DNA of 64,000 nucleotides from a virus. Each line of letters opens with the position of its first letter. Position 1 is the stretch's first letter. Below the pieces are notes generated by a model. The model had not been told where the DNA came from and did not search any database. It saw only the letters and a program-made list of their open reading frames with translations. This document shows positions 54,702 to 64,000 of this stretch, piece by piece. Made by a program: the position numbers and the translations under genes. The DNA is taken from positions 1 to 64,000 of the IMG/VR virus record IMGVR_UViG_3300042008_000003. One strand, written 5' to 3'.

Positions 54702-56396
54702 TTACTGACAAGCTAGGCACTCATCCTTGTCACTTGAAGCTTGTACCCCTGCCATACTGTAAACATAATACAAACCAAGAATATTAGGGTCTAGGAATGC
54801 CGCCTTATGAACATCGTTGATGTAGCTTTCGTCTTCCCCGGCGGCGAAGAACAAATTCAACGATTGCCATTGATCCATAAACTTACCACGAGCAGCAGCT
54901 AGCCGTAAGATTGTGTGTTGATTAATTTCAAATGCTGTACGGAACACTAGTTTTTCTTCATCAGTCAGCCAATCAACATGCTGTACACTACCCATCTTGT
55001 CACGAATATCTTCCACATTCTTCTTACTGAATACTCCTTTTTCTTTCATTAATTTCAGAAGATAAGGATTAACTCGGTCAACTTCACCACCAGCACTTTT
55101 TTGTGTGTAAACCATAGCAGTATCAGGACTAATACCCTCACTAACACCACCCATAATCAACGCTGTAGATTTAGTTGGTGCAATTGCAATCAAGTGGGTA
55201 TTGGCACGACCATAACCTTTCATCCACTTCGGCTCACCCCAAACACTTGCAAGCCACTCAGAAGCTTTAATTGCTTCGTCTTGAATGTACTTAGCAATCT
55301 TATTGTTTAGCATATGAGCTTCAAAGCTTTCAAATGCAACCATCTTCTTTTGCATGTAAGAATGTAGACCACATTGCCCGAGCCCCAAAGCTCTAGAGTT
55401 CTTTGTGAATGCAACAGCTTTCTCAAGGCCCGGAATATTCTTAGCCCGTTCAATGAATTCTTGGCATACGGCATCAAGGAAGACAATAGCTGTGAATACC
55501 GCATCTGTACCTTGCCACTCATCAAACAGTTCATCGTTCATTGAGGCTAGAACACAAGTGTAAGTGTAATCCTTACTTGAGTGTAACATGATTTCATTAC
55601 AGAGCTGTGGAGCTTTCACATCAAGATTCTGATCTACATACCATTGTGGACGTTTACGTTCCGCTTTGCCTGGAAAGAAGAAATATCCTTTACCACTGAC
55701 CATCTTAGTCTTTAGTGCTTTACCATATCGACGAATAGCTTCCGGGTCTTTATCTTCCAGCTTCTGAATAAATTCATCTGAAATATTCCAACCAATGTTG
55801 TTACCGTCTGGATGTTGTTCTAGATAGGTACAGACTTCATCAAAATCTCCATGATCCATCGGTAGATAACCTGCCCAAGAACCACGTCTTGCTGTACCTT
55901 GAGCGACATACTCCATATCATCTTGGAAGCCCTCAATGACTTGTAAAACCCCAGTACTTTTACCCCCTACGCTGATAATAGAACCTCGTGGTCGGATATC
56001 ACCTAAATAACCAGCAGTACCAAATCCCATCTTAGTCAGCATTGCTGTTTCATGCTTTGCTTTATAGATACCATCTATGCTGTCTGGAATATAACTACCA
56101 GCACAACTTACTGGCAATCCACGATTAGTGCCCGTATTAGCTAAAATCGGAGTCGAAGGGCTCAACCAGCCTTTCCACATAATGTCAAAGAACTTCTCTT
56201 TCCACAAAGCTGGGTCAGGTGTATGTACAGCAAGAGTTGCAGCAATACGTTGGTACTGTTCTTTTGGGTTTGCAGCCTGATACAGATATTTATTCTTAAA
56301 TAATTGCCAAGATCCCGTAGACCAGTGTGCAGGCATAAGACCATCTTCTTGCAACTTCTTACGTTCATCACTTAATGCACGATAACTATTTGTCAC
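54702..56396 (-). CDS. nrdA: ribonucleotide reductase class Ia alpha subunit (short, no ATP cone)
   Basis: SPSTP.L.N, SC, LCNEI, CVLAS, AIAPT.S, DQ.QSLN, LYY, C-terminal CxxC. Confidence 0.95.
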   Translation of the reverse strand: MTNSYRALSDERKKLQEDGLMPAHWSTGSWQLFKNKYLYQAANPKEQYQRIAATLAVHTPDPALWKEKFFDIMWKGWLSPSTPILANTGTNRGLPVSCAGSYIPDSIDGIYKAKHETAMLTKMGFGTAGYLGDIRPRGSIISVGGKSTGVLQVIEGFQDDMEYVAQGTARRGSWAGYLPMDHGDFDEVCTYLEQHPDGNNIGWNISDEFIQKLEDKDPEAIRRYGKALKTKMVSGKGYFFFPGKAERKRPQWYVDQNLDVKAPQLCNEIMLHSSKDYTYTCVLASMNDELFDEWQGTDAVFTAIVFLDAVCQEFIERAKNIPGLEKAVAFTKNSRALGLGQCGLHSYMQKKMVAFESFEAHMLNNKIAKYIQDEAIKASEWLASVWGEPKWMKGYGRANTHLIAIAPTKSTALIMGGVSEGISPDTAMVYTQKSAGGEVDRVNPYLLKLMKEKGVFSKKNVEDIRDKMGSVQHVDWLTDEEKLVFRTAFEINQHTILRLAAARGKFMDQWQSLNLFFAAGEDESYINDVHKAAFLDPNILGLYYVYSMAGVQASSDKDECLACQ

Positions 56397-56406
56397 TTAA
56401 TTCCCC

Positions 56407-57390
56407 TTAAAATTTAAATCCTTCAGAATCCCAATCTCGTTGGTATTGGTTGCCTTGGCTGTTAAAAAAGTCAATAGAACTGTAACCATTAATACCTTTG
56501 TAAAACCAATCCGCAACGGGGTTGTATTCAACCTTGTAAAGATTTTCATAACCGAGATTACGGAGGCACAGGTTAATACGACTCTGAGCAAAGTGTTCAA
56601 GTTGTTTATCTGTAATCCCTTCAATACGCCCCTTCTCAAAGATCTTACCAATAATTGCTTTCTCATGCTCCATGACTGTTTCAGCAGCAAGGTAAATATC
56701 TTTCTTCAATTCTTCTTCAAATACATTGTCAATCAAACCTGCATCTTTCTTTTCTTTAAGCAGTGTTCGGAACAACCAAGCCGCTGCTTCAGAGTGTAGA
56801 TTCTCATCACGGGCGGAGAAGTTAATACCACTCACAACGTTAAGAAGTTTGTTTTTACCTTGGCTCTGAAAGTGCTTTAAGAAAGCAAAACTAGAGTAGA
56901 GAATAGCCCCTTCCCCGAAGGTAAAAGAACCTAGAGCCCGCAAGTCATCTTTATTACCAATACTTTCTTCCAAAAACTCTACACGAGCTTTAAGGTCTTC
57001 ATCTTCAAGATATTCATTATAGAATGAATCTGTAGCAAGACCAAGTTCTTCGTTCAGTGTACTATAGAATTTACCATGTACTGCCAATTCCATTGCACCA
57101 AACATTGCAGCCATTGGTTGAATATCAGCAGCACGTGGAAATTTGTTAAAGACAAAACCAAGCCAAAACTCATCCCCGATAATCTGTTCGTACTTAGTAA
57201 ACAGTTTGAGTGTTGTGATTGTACCGTGTCGTTCTGCCGGTGTCATGTTTACCAGAATGTCTTGCTTATCCTTGTGTACTTTTACTTCAAAGTGCGGCCA
57301 GAATACCGCAGCTTGTTGGTCAGTAAATTCGCAAGCCTCTGGATAGTCAACTGTAAACTCTGTCTTAGGCGTTTGAATTCGCGTTAGCAT
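56407..57390 (-). CDS. nrdB: ribonucleotide reductase class Ia beta subunit
   Basis: FW...E, E.AVH..FY, EG..LYSSF, RDE.LH, DFF..Q..Y. Confidence 0.95.
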   Translation of the reverse strand: MLTRIQTPKTEFTVDYPEACEFTDQQAAVFWPHFEVKVHKDKQDILVNMTPAERHGTITTLKLFTKYEQIIGDEFWLGFVFNKFPRAADIQPMAAMFGAMELAVHGKFYSTLNEELGLATDSFYNEYLEDEDLKARVEFLEESIGNKDDLRALGSFTFGEGAILYSSFAFLKHFQSQGKNKLLNVVSGINFSARDENLHSEAAAWLFRTLLKEKKDAGLIDNVFEEELKKDIYLAAETVMEHEKAIIGKIFEKGRIEGITDKQLEHFAQSRINLCLRNLGYENLYKVEYNPVADWFYKGINGYSSIDFFNSQGNQYQRDWDSEGFKF

Positions 57391-57402
57391 TATATCCCCT
57401 TA

Positions 57403-57774
57403 TTAATTATCTGACTGAATCCCATGCTTCTGAGCATAATCTAGCGAATCGCCTGTTGACCACATCTTACTCATATTCTTAAGGTCAATTCGTAGGTCTA
57501 AACTAGAGTGCTCCACAACGTTACTCCACGTCGCATTACCGCTACTAAGCCATTCAGGTGAGCTAAGTTCATGGCCTTGGTACATCAAACAATTAACCAC
57601 CTTACCTTGAAGGTTACGGTGTTGACAGACAACTTCCTCAACTCCCATAGACACATCAAACCCGTTCTGTTCAAGAATCTTATAGATGGTTTGTTTATCG
57701 TCTTTACCAAACGCTTCAGCAAAGTTATCCACTAGCATCAAGTCACTAAGTGAAAGATTAAATCCAATACTCAT
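57403..57774 (-). CDS. hypothetical protein
   Basis: ORF with GGAG RBS. Confidence 0.7.
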   Translation of the reverse strand: MSIGFNLSLSDLMLVDNFAEAFGKDDKQTIYKILEQNGFDVSMGVEEVVCQHRNLQGKVVNCLMYQGHELSSPEWLSSGNATWSNVVEHSSLDLRIDLKNMSKMWSTGDSLDYAQKHGIQSDN

Positions 57775-57943
57775 TCTTCACACTCCAAATGAACAACACT
57801 TAAAATAGCATCTTGTACATCATTGAAACTATCTGTTTCATGGAATGCATTTTCAATAGTTTTACGGTCAAGTCCGTGTTGAGCAAAAATGTCTAGGAAA
57901 CTATCCCAAGCTTCTTGTTGAACTTCTTGATATTTTTCGTAAT

Positions 57944-58135
57944 TCACTCTGTGTACTCCTCAAAAGCTTCTTGTGGTGAACTACCACCTTCATACAACTC
58001 AATAAATTCTACGATATTCTCTTGTACAACTAGCCAAGCATCCTCTTTCTTCATAAGGAAGCCACGCTTCTTTAGGATGTTGATTAAATCTGAAATCCAT
58101 GCAGATACATCATAGTCATCACGCTCAATAATCAT
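57944..58135 (-). CDS. small acidic hypothetical protein
   Basis: GGAG RBS before MIIE. Confidence 0.6.
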   Translation of the reverse strand: MIIERDDYDVSAWISDLINILKKRGFLMKKEDAWLVVQENIVEFIELYEGGSSPQEAFEEYTE

Positions 58136-58136
58136 T

Positions 58137-58898
58137 TTATTTCTCCACCAAAGCCTTATAAGAAACTGGGAACAACTGCTTAACAATCTCTGCTACTTGC
58201 TGTGCTACCAATCGCGTTTCATATTGAGTGTGTTCATCCAAACGTAATACTAGCATATCACAGAATGCCCCCAATGTTCCACTCCAGATCCATGTCGTCA
58301 TCATTGACTGGGGAAGAACTATGCGTGCTTCTTCGGCACAAACCCCGCTCTCAATCATAGAGTCATAGAGATTAAGTGCATCATCGGCTACACACTTATA
58401 GGCTTCAAATGGATCATGTCGTTTGGATGAATCATATTTAAGACAACTAATCTTTTTAACAGTCTGATCTTTACTGCTACCTTGCTTCACATTATCAGCA
58501 GCCTTCCGCCAAGATTCAGGAGTGTAAAATTCAGGTTCATCCTTTACATACCGCCGACTAACTTCATTCCAAGGCATAAACTTATGCTTTACAAGCTGAC
58601 GTGCTACAAACACTGGGGCTTTTACACGAACACTAATAAAGCTATGATTGAATGGTGAAAGATGCTTGTGTGTCGCAAGGTACTTAATCAACTTCTCATC
58701 TGATAGCTTTAGACGTTGAAAACCACCCAACTCATTCTTGTAAAACCGGCTCTCAGGGCTGGTATAATCTTCCTCAGGGAATTTTGATGGATATTCCCAA
58801 TTACTCTGTTTATCAAAAGAACACCTTGCCGCATCTACCACAGAAAGATCATCACCACAATGGTTAATATACTCTACTTCAATCTCACTCATCCCCAT
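58137..58898 (-). CDS. thyX: flavin-dependent thymidylate synthase
   Basis: VV.AAR.S, H.SPF, FVARQL.KH, NE.SRRY, E.AR.VLP, LRL..H.Q.E.R. Confidence 0.95.
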   Translation of the reverse strand: MGMSEIEVEYINHCGDDLSVVDAARCSFDKQSNWEYPSKFPEEDYTSPESRFYKNELGGFQRLKLSDEKLIKYLATHKHLSPFNHSFISVRVKAPVFVARQLVKHKFMPWNEVSRRYVKDEPEFYTPESWRKAADNVKQGSSKDQTVKKISCLKYDSSKRHDPFEAYKCVADDALNLYDSMIESGVCAEEARIVLPQSMMTTWIWSGTLGAFCDMLVLRLDEHTQYETRLVAQQVAEIVKQLFPVSYKALVEK

Positions 58899-59036
58899 TC
58901 TCCTCTAATTCTTCCAAGCACTCTTCCCAGCTAAGTGGCATCGAAGGATAAAGCTCCCAAGCTAACCCTGTAGCAACTAATTCATTATAGTATTCTTTTG
59001 TTCTTACGTCAACCTTCCAATTCATTGTGGGCTTAG

Positions 59037-59531
59037 TCATTGAAGTTCCTTTGGGATAAATTTATCTAGTTCTACAGCAACAAATCCTACGGGTTTAGCA
59101 ATTTTACCTGAAGGTTGTCGTACAGTGTAGAAAGAAAGATTATTCAAAACAGAAGTTTCAATATAATACTCTTTATCATCACGTTTTTCAAGTTTCTCTT
59201 TGGCTTCACAAGCTTCGCAGAAAGAGTTGAAAATCTTATTTTGATTGTTGTTAATGATTTGTTGAATACCACCCTCTACATCAAACCCAGCTTTCTCAAG
59301 CATATCTAGAAGTTTAGATAGGATAACGAAGACATCAACTGCACCATCCAACAACTCAGTCATATCTCCATACTTGATTGCATCGACTGTTTCTTGTGTC
59401 TCTTCAAGCAAAAGAGCAGTCTGTAGGATTACTGCACTATCCCAATCAATCGTCCCAAACTCATGATCTTTTACACCAGCTTTCTTGTTCCAGTCCACAA
59501 TTTGATTGTAGTAGTCTTGCAAGTTGTTCAC
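59037..59531 (-). CDS. MazG-like NTP pyrophosphohydrolase
   Basis: EE..E....., LDG..D, GK..KP motifs. Confidence 0.75.
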   Translation of the reverse strand: MNNLQDYYNQIVDWNKKAGVKDHEFGTIDWDSAVILQTALLLEETQETVDAIKYGDMTELLDGAVDVFVILSKLLDMLEKAGFDVEGGIQQIINNNQNKIFNSFCEACEAKEKLEKRDDKEYYIETSVLNNLSFYTVRQPSGKIAKPVGFVAVELDKFIPKELQ

Positions 59532-59730
59532 ACCTTCTCCTTAATTCAACGCTTCAAATACTGATTTCATAACTTCAATTGTATCATTAAAGTTCTCAAG
59601 TGTTGCATCAAAATCTTCTTCGTCCATGTCTGCATGAAGATCCATAAATAATTCTTTCTCGAACTCAACGAAGCTTACCAATTCTTCAGCTCGTTGTTTA
59701 CTAATGTTCATTACACTCATCTCACTCTCC

Positions 59731-60180
59731 TTAATTTAAATATTGATCACAGAAATCTTTCACACTGAAGCTTTCCCAATCTTTGTATTCACCTTTACCA
59801 AAAAGCACACGTTTTTCAGAATCAAACTTGACTAAATTATCCTCCAAATCGTCCACCATCGCAAGCAGTGAATCATTTAAAATATACTTTTCATGTGTAC
59901 CGACAAATCCAGCCATAAAGGGGAAATGTTTCTTTAGGAAGTATACCTTACTCCTATGATGATTTCCTTTCAGCCTTGACACAAACACAATATTAAAATA
60001 TTGACTCAAAGCCTCCAGCTTCTCTACAGCACCCTTCATTGGTTCTAGGTTATCGTAAAGAGTTTCATCACGCCAGAAGTCCAAGGGATCATCTAGGAAT
60101 GGTGAAGCTTTCTTGTAGAGAGTGAGAGTATCAACTACCACACCATCTACGTCAATTCCAATCTGGCGTTTGTTTGTCAT
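59731..60180 (-). CDS. HAD 5'(3')-deoxyribonucleotidase
   Basis: IGIDVDGVV, L.P..GA.E.L, K, VDD. Confidence 0.82.
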   Translation of the reverse strand: MTNKRQIGIDVDGVVVDTLTLYKKASPFLDDPLDFWRDETLYDNLEPMKGAVEKLEALSQYFNIVFVSRLKGNHHRSKVYFLKKHFPFMAGFVGTHEKYILNDSLLAMVDDLEDNLVKFDSEKRVLFGKGEYKDWESFSVKDFCDQYLN

Positions 60181-60686
60181 TTAATTTTACCAACCAAAGC
60201 AAGTTCTAGCAACGCAAGTACGTTGAACGCCTCGTGTGCAAGGTGGGTGATATTACTCTCTTCGTCGGTGCATTCTAGCAAATCTTCCCCAAAACTACGT
60301 TGCATATTCTGTTTTACACGATGTCGTGCTGCTGCACCTTTGAAGGCATTTTCTGCATTAGGAATGGTTTTCCAATCGTTATCTTTATAACCTTTATTCT
60401 CATTAGCCCAAGTCATTACTTTTGCAATTTCATATACTGCATTGGGGAATCCAGAATCAAAAAGTTCCATTCGCACCTTACCAATTTTACGTTCTTCTAG
60501 GCTAGGGCGTTGTATGCTTGGTTCTACCAAAGTTAAATCATCATAACCAAACTGAAATTCTTGCCCAGTTTCATCTACAACTAAAGCATAATTACAATTT
60601 AAATAACTCTTACCTTGATAGGTAAACTCTCCCATATAAGGTTCAAATGAACTGTAAACTTTATCCCCTACTTTAAACTTACTCAT
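60177..60686 (-). CDS. dATP/dGTP diphosphohydrolase-like (DUF5664) protein with N-terminal SH3-like domain
   Basis: K.R..L, A.VMTW...K.Y..N.W, A..RH, D.ES...HLAH.AFN.L.L. Confidence 0.72.
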   Translation of the reverse strand: MSKFKVGDKVYSSFEPYMGEFTYQGKSYLNCNYALVVDETGQEFQFGYDDLTLVEPSIQRPSLEERKIGKVRMELFDSGFPNAVYEIAKVMTWANENKGYKDNDWKTIPNAENAFKGAAARHRVKQNMQRSFGEDLLECTDEESNITHLAHEAFNVLALLELALVGKIK

Positions 60687-60854
60687 CAATCCTCTCCTCA
60701 TTCTGTTTAGCAATATTCTTCAATTTCTGTATTTGGTCGAGCATGTTCTCTTGTTGCTGTCTAATATTGTATAACTCTTTGGTCAATCCGTCAACCTCAA
60801 TCTGAAGCCGGTCAACGGTGCGTAGTAGCTTAAAGTTTTCTATTTCTGCTCTCC

Positions 60855-61763
60855 TTATACGATATTACGAAGTAAACTTTCTTTCTTTTCCTTGCTTAAC
60901 AGATTCTTATGACCTCGACGATACTGACCAGTTTTAATATTTCGGTATTGATCATATTTACCAAGATTGCTGTAAACAAATCCTTCTTTAACCCAGCCCG
61001 ACATATCCGCAACTTCATCTTCATAAACTTCAAAAACAGGCAAGGTAGTTGACCATGGTGCAATCAGTTCATAAAGTTCTTGCAATGAAACAACATCAAT
61101 AATGTTGTAATCTCGCATTTCTTGGATAGCTTCAGGATTTCCTTTACAGAACTCTTTCCATAAATTAAAGCCAGCAAACTTACCGTGATCTGATTTCTCA
61201 GTTTTACACAGCTTACGAGTAAGTGCAATAAGTTTGTTACTTGAGAATCCAAACTCTTTTTTACAAATCTCAAGCGTATCCAAAACACGAACAGGACTGT
61301 GGGGTGGCAGACCATAAGTGACCATGAAGCTTCTAATTTTTTTCATGTCAAAACGGCGGCCGTTATGGGCAATAATAAAATGTGCTTCATTCAAAAGTTC
61401 ATGGAGTTTTTCCAAAAGCTCTAGCTCTGTGTACTCACTTACATCAAAATACATAACCTCTTCATCCTCAATCCATTTGGCTGCAAATGAAAGCAAAGAA
61501 ATATCTTCTTCAATTTGATCTACAGAGAAGTTTTGATTAAATAAGCCAAATCCTTGTAGTGTCATGTACTTTGTTTCGATATCCAGTACAAGAACTCTTG
61601 GACCTTTTTTCTCTGCCGTTTGTTCAACAGTTTTAGAGAACATAGATTTAAAGAAGTCATTAACTTGAGACTTACTTTTACCAATGATATTGGCCACTGC
61701 ACGACCACTAAAACCTTTGTCACGAAGACTCAAAGCCTCTTTATGCCATTCTTTATTAATCAA
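60855..61763 (-). CDS. DEDD 3'-5' exonuclease (RNase H-like) with N-terminal HTH
   Basis: LDIET, AHNG..FD, DTL, YN..DV motifs. Confidence 0.85.
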   Translation of the reverse strand: MINKEWHKEALSLRDKGFSGRAVANIIGKSKSQVNDFFKSMFSKTVEQTAEKKGPRVLVLDIETKYMTLQGFGLFNQNFSVDQIEEDISLLSFAAKWIEDEEVMYFDVSEYTELELLEKLHELLNEAHFIIAHNGRRFDMKKIRSFMVTYGLPPHSPVRVLDTLEICKKEFGFSSNKLIALTRKLCKTEKSDHGKFAGFNLWKEFCKGNPEAIQEMRDYNIIDVVSLQELYELIAPWSTTLPVFEVYEDEVADMSGWVKEGFVYSNLGKYDQYRNIKTGQYRRGHKNLLSKEKKESLLRNIV

Positions 61764-61969
61764 TCCAATTTCCCCTTTAATTTCAAAACAAGTTCATATA
61801 ACTCGTTATTAATTTTCAAAACAGTATCCAGTGTCTGCTGCTTCTCCCACACTGAACTGGTTACAAAGCTATCAGAAATAATCTCATTCCTAGACAACCA
61901 GTAAGCTAGAGCTTCTTCACCAGTCTCAGCAACATATTTCTTAGGAAATAACTCTCTGACGTCTCCCAT
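61760..61969 (-). CDS. hypothetical protein
   Basis: ORF, coupled. Confidence 0.55.
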   Translation of the reverse strand: MGDVRELFPKKYVAETGEEALAYWLSRNEIISDSFVTSSVWEKQQTLDTVLKINNELYELVLKLKGKLD

Positions 61970-62117
61970 AGCTAAAACCCAAACAAATAAGTGTCAATGC
62001 AACTTAGCCACACATAAGCAAATGTATAATATTGAACCAGACTATTGATAACCAGATAATGTCCGTCAAAGTTATCAATCTGTGACATTGATAGAGTAAT
62101 GTTATCTTTAAGGGACA

Positions 62118-62348
62118 TTATTTATAAGCCTCATCAAATTCTTCACTACTGAGTTGCCTAAAATAGGCAATATTTTTATCTATGTCTTTTTCAGATAAAT
62201 TTCCTAGACCTTTAATTTCTAAAGGATCAACCATTACATTAAGCCTGTTTTCAAGGAGTAGTTCAAGGATCTTATCAACCTTGGCTTCTAATACACCAAT
62301 TAGAATACTCAGTTCTGTATACATGGTTTCTTTACTTAGCTTGCTCAT
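62118..62348 (-). CDS. hypothetical protein
   Basis: AGGAG RBS. Confidence 0.6.
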   Translation of the reverse strand: MSKLSKETMYTELSILIGVLEAKVDKILELLLENRLNVMVDPLEIKGLGNLSEKDIDKNIAYFRQLSSEEFDEAYK

Positions 62349-62883
62349 TGTATTTCTCCTGTTCTAGCACTTTACGAACAGCATCACGCCTACTTTTTGC
62401 ATTCTTAGCTACTACAACATTACGTTCTTTAAGCCAAGAATCAATCTGTGATGCTTTCAGTTTCATAATAATTAATACCTCTTTTTCAATGAATGCAGAT
62501 TTAATATCAATCCCCAACCTTTGACTAAGAGAGACAGCCGCATGGCAGTCAGGGCACAACTCTCTAATATCATCGAATGTGACCCATAGTATCATTTTAG
62601 ACCATTCACAGAAGCTTGTCCAGTCTTTAAATCCATATCCTCCGTGTAAATGATCCACTTCACAAGCTCTGTGCTGCTTACCACACATCTCGCAGTCACT
62701 TACAAACACCTCCTTGTTATTCTTTCCCACTGGAGCTTTATACCGTCTGGACATCTTATAAGCAATCTTCACTGGTGCTCGTGACCAAATGCGACGAATC
62801 TGAGAGCGTAGCCAATTAAAATAAGCTTTCTCGTCTTTAAATATGTGTGGTACATCCTCCCAAGGTTGACGCTGATTATCCAT
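62332..62883 (-). CDS. HNH-like endonuclease (core replication-region gene)
   Basis: WLRS.IRR.W...P.K, CEMC, EVDH, LCPDCH. Confidence 0.75.
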   Translation of the reverse strand: MDNQRQPWEDVPHIFKDEKAYFNWLRSQIRRIWSRAPVKIAYKMSRRYKAPVGKNNKEVFVSDCEMCGKQHRACEVDHLHGGYGFKDWTSFCEWSKMILWVTFDDIRELCPDCHAAVSLSQRLGIDIKSAFIEKEVLIIMKLKASQIDSWLKERNVVVAKNAKSRRDAVRKVLEQEKYNEQAK

Positions 62884-63397
62884 GGTTTGCGTACTCGCCA
62901 TGAAAATCCTCTCGTTTAGTCTTCAGAACTTCTTGAGCAGCCTCTACAGTCGAAAATAGCCCAAGATTGTGCATTACCTTGTCTACTTGGATTCTTGCTG
63001 CGTACTTACCAGTTGCTGGGTGGTAGGTTACACCCTTAACTCCTGTTTGACTATTATAATTAATCTTAGCGTTCTGTGCATTTTTACCTTGAGCTAAGCG
63101 AAGATTTGATTTTGAATTATCAGATCTGTCGGTATTTATATGATCAATTTCATCCTCTGGCAGCTCACCGTAGCAGAACAACCAAGCTAGACGGTGAGCT
63201 GCATATCGTTCACCATCAATTTGTATCCTATAATAACCGCTGCCCTTGTGTAGTTTATCAGCCCGTTGTCCAATCTTCACAGGAGAAAATTTACTTGATT
63301 TGTTTATCCAAGTAAACATCCCGGTGTATTCATCATAAGATAACAAGTACTTTAACCTATCTTCGGTTATACCTCTGAGTTTAATTTTATCCATCAA
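62876..63397 (-). CDS. HNH/AP2 homing endonuclease
   Basis: YD..TG.F.W, AHRLAW...YG..P...IDHIN..R.DN...NLR, GVKGV, LG.F. Confidence 0.92.
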   Translation of the reverse strand: MMDKIKLRGITEDRLKYLLSYDEYTGMFTWINKSSKFSPVKIGQRADKLHKGSGYYRIQIDGERYAAHRLAWLFCYGELPEDEIDHINTDRSDNSKSNLRLAQGKNAQNAKINYNSQTGVKGVTYHPATGKYAARIQVDKVMHNLGLFSTVEAAQEVLKTKREDFHGEYANHG

Positions 63398-64000
63398 TAA
63401 TCAATCCCCAATTTATCTAATGTTGTAAAAACATGATACATCTCACCTTCCTCCCTTCGCAGATACAGAAGCTGGGCACTATCTTGCAAGAAGTCTAGGT
63501 AGTCCCACATCAGACACTGCCCTGTGTGACTAACCAACTCTTGTTTCTCAATACCATAATAGCTCTTATAAGCTTCAACAACTCGCTCAAACAAATCCTT
63601 AATTGTCTCACAACTTTCAAGGTACTTCAGAGCAGTAGCCTTACCAATTCCACGAGTTCCACCTAACTTATATTTCTCTTGAATCTCTTTTGTAAAGTTA
63701 GGAAGTCCAAGAATATTGTCCGTAGAGAGATCCCCACTTAGACATTGGCTTGCAAAACATTTAGCAGCTTCAAACGGTGTTGGAATAATTACTTCTGGAA
63801 ACTGATCATCAAAGTTAAACTGAGGAGAAATTACTTGTTTGATATCTTTGTCCAAGAACCCAAGAACATATTTCCACTTGCCAGTTTTAAGAAAGTGTTT
63901 ATAGTTTTCGTAACCTTTGATTGAACACCAATCGTCAACTTCCTCATCATCAACTACAACAACTTTGTTTCGATACTTCTTGATGATAGCTTCTTTAATC
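63394..64000 (-). CDS. 5'-3' exonuclease (partial; 5' end outside window)
   Basis: frame open to window edge; EVDD, DKD, GD..DNI.GL, GIG..TA motifs. Confidence 0.85.
   Translation of the reverse strand, partial: IKEAIIKKYRNKVVVVDDEEVDDWCSIKGYENYKHFLKTGKWKYVLGFLDKDIKQVISPQFNFDDQFPEVIIPTPFEAAKCFASQCLSGDLSTDNILGLPNFTKEIQEKYKLGGTRGIGKATALKYLESCETIKDLFERVVEAYKSYYGIEKQELVSHTGQCLMWDYLDFLQDSAQLLYLRREEGEMYHVFTTLDKLGIDY

Noticed and set aside
60177-60686. Evidence of a Z-base or otherwise modified genome
   Set aside because: DUF5664-like gene alone is insufficient; no purZ or other modification genes in the window
1-64000. Prophage, IS elements or stop-codon recoding
   Set aside because: No integrase, repressor or transposase recognised; core genes are intact in the standard code and no suppressor tRNA was found

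Overview
This window is about two thirds of an AT-rich lytic myovirus genome infecting a Gram-negative host (spanins present). Gene order resembles PAK_P1/phiPsa374-type Pseudomonas phages, which is an inference from synteny only. Layout: (1) 1-1.5 kb, end of a rightward early module with sigma70 promoters; (2) a ~450 bp convergent non-coding gap that may be the genome terminus; (3) 1.9-16.8 kb, ~40 leftward small genes including dCMP deaminase, ClpP-like protease, PhoH, a 68-aa GGQ release-factor domain and a 113-aa protein resembling an inactivated fragment of this phage's own terminase ATPase; (4) 17-21 kb, a rightward 'RNA island' with a minimal family-A-type polymerase, a ~550-nt highly paired non-coding region, four tRNAs with non-canonical features and tandem hairpins with anti-Shine-Dalgarno/GGA loops; (5) 21-53 kb, accessory genes plus the complete head, contractile tail, baseplate, fibre and lysis modules, including a -1 frameshift and two gene-replacement scars; (6) 53-64 kb, leftward nucleotide metabolism and nuclease genes (nrdA, nrdB, thyX, MazG-like, HAD nucleotidase, exonucleases). 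About nine free-standing homing endonucleases are scattered throughout. All calls come from motif recognition and hand folding; no database searches were run.
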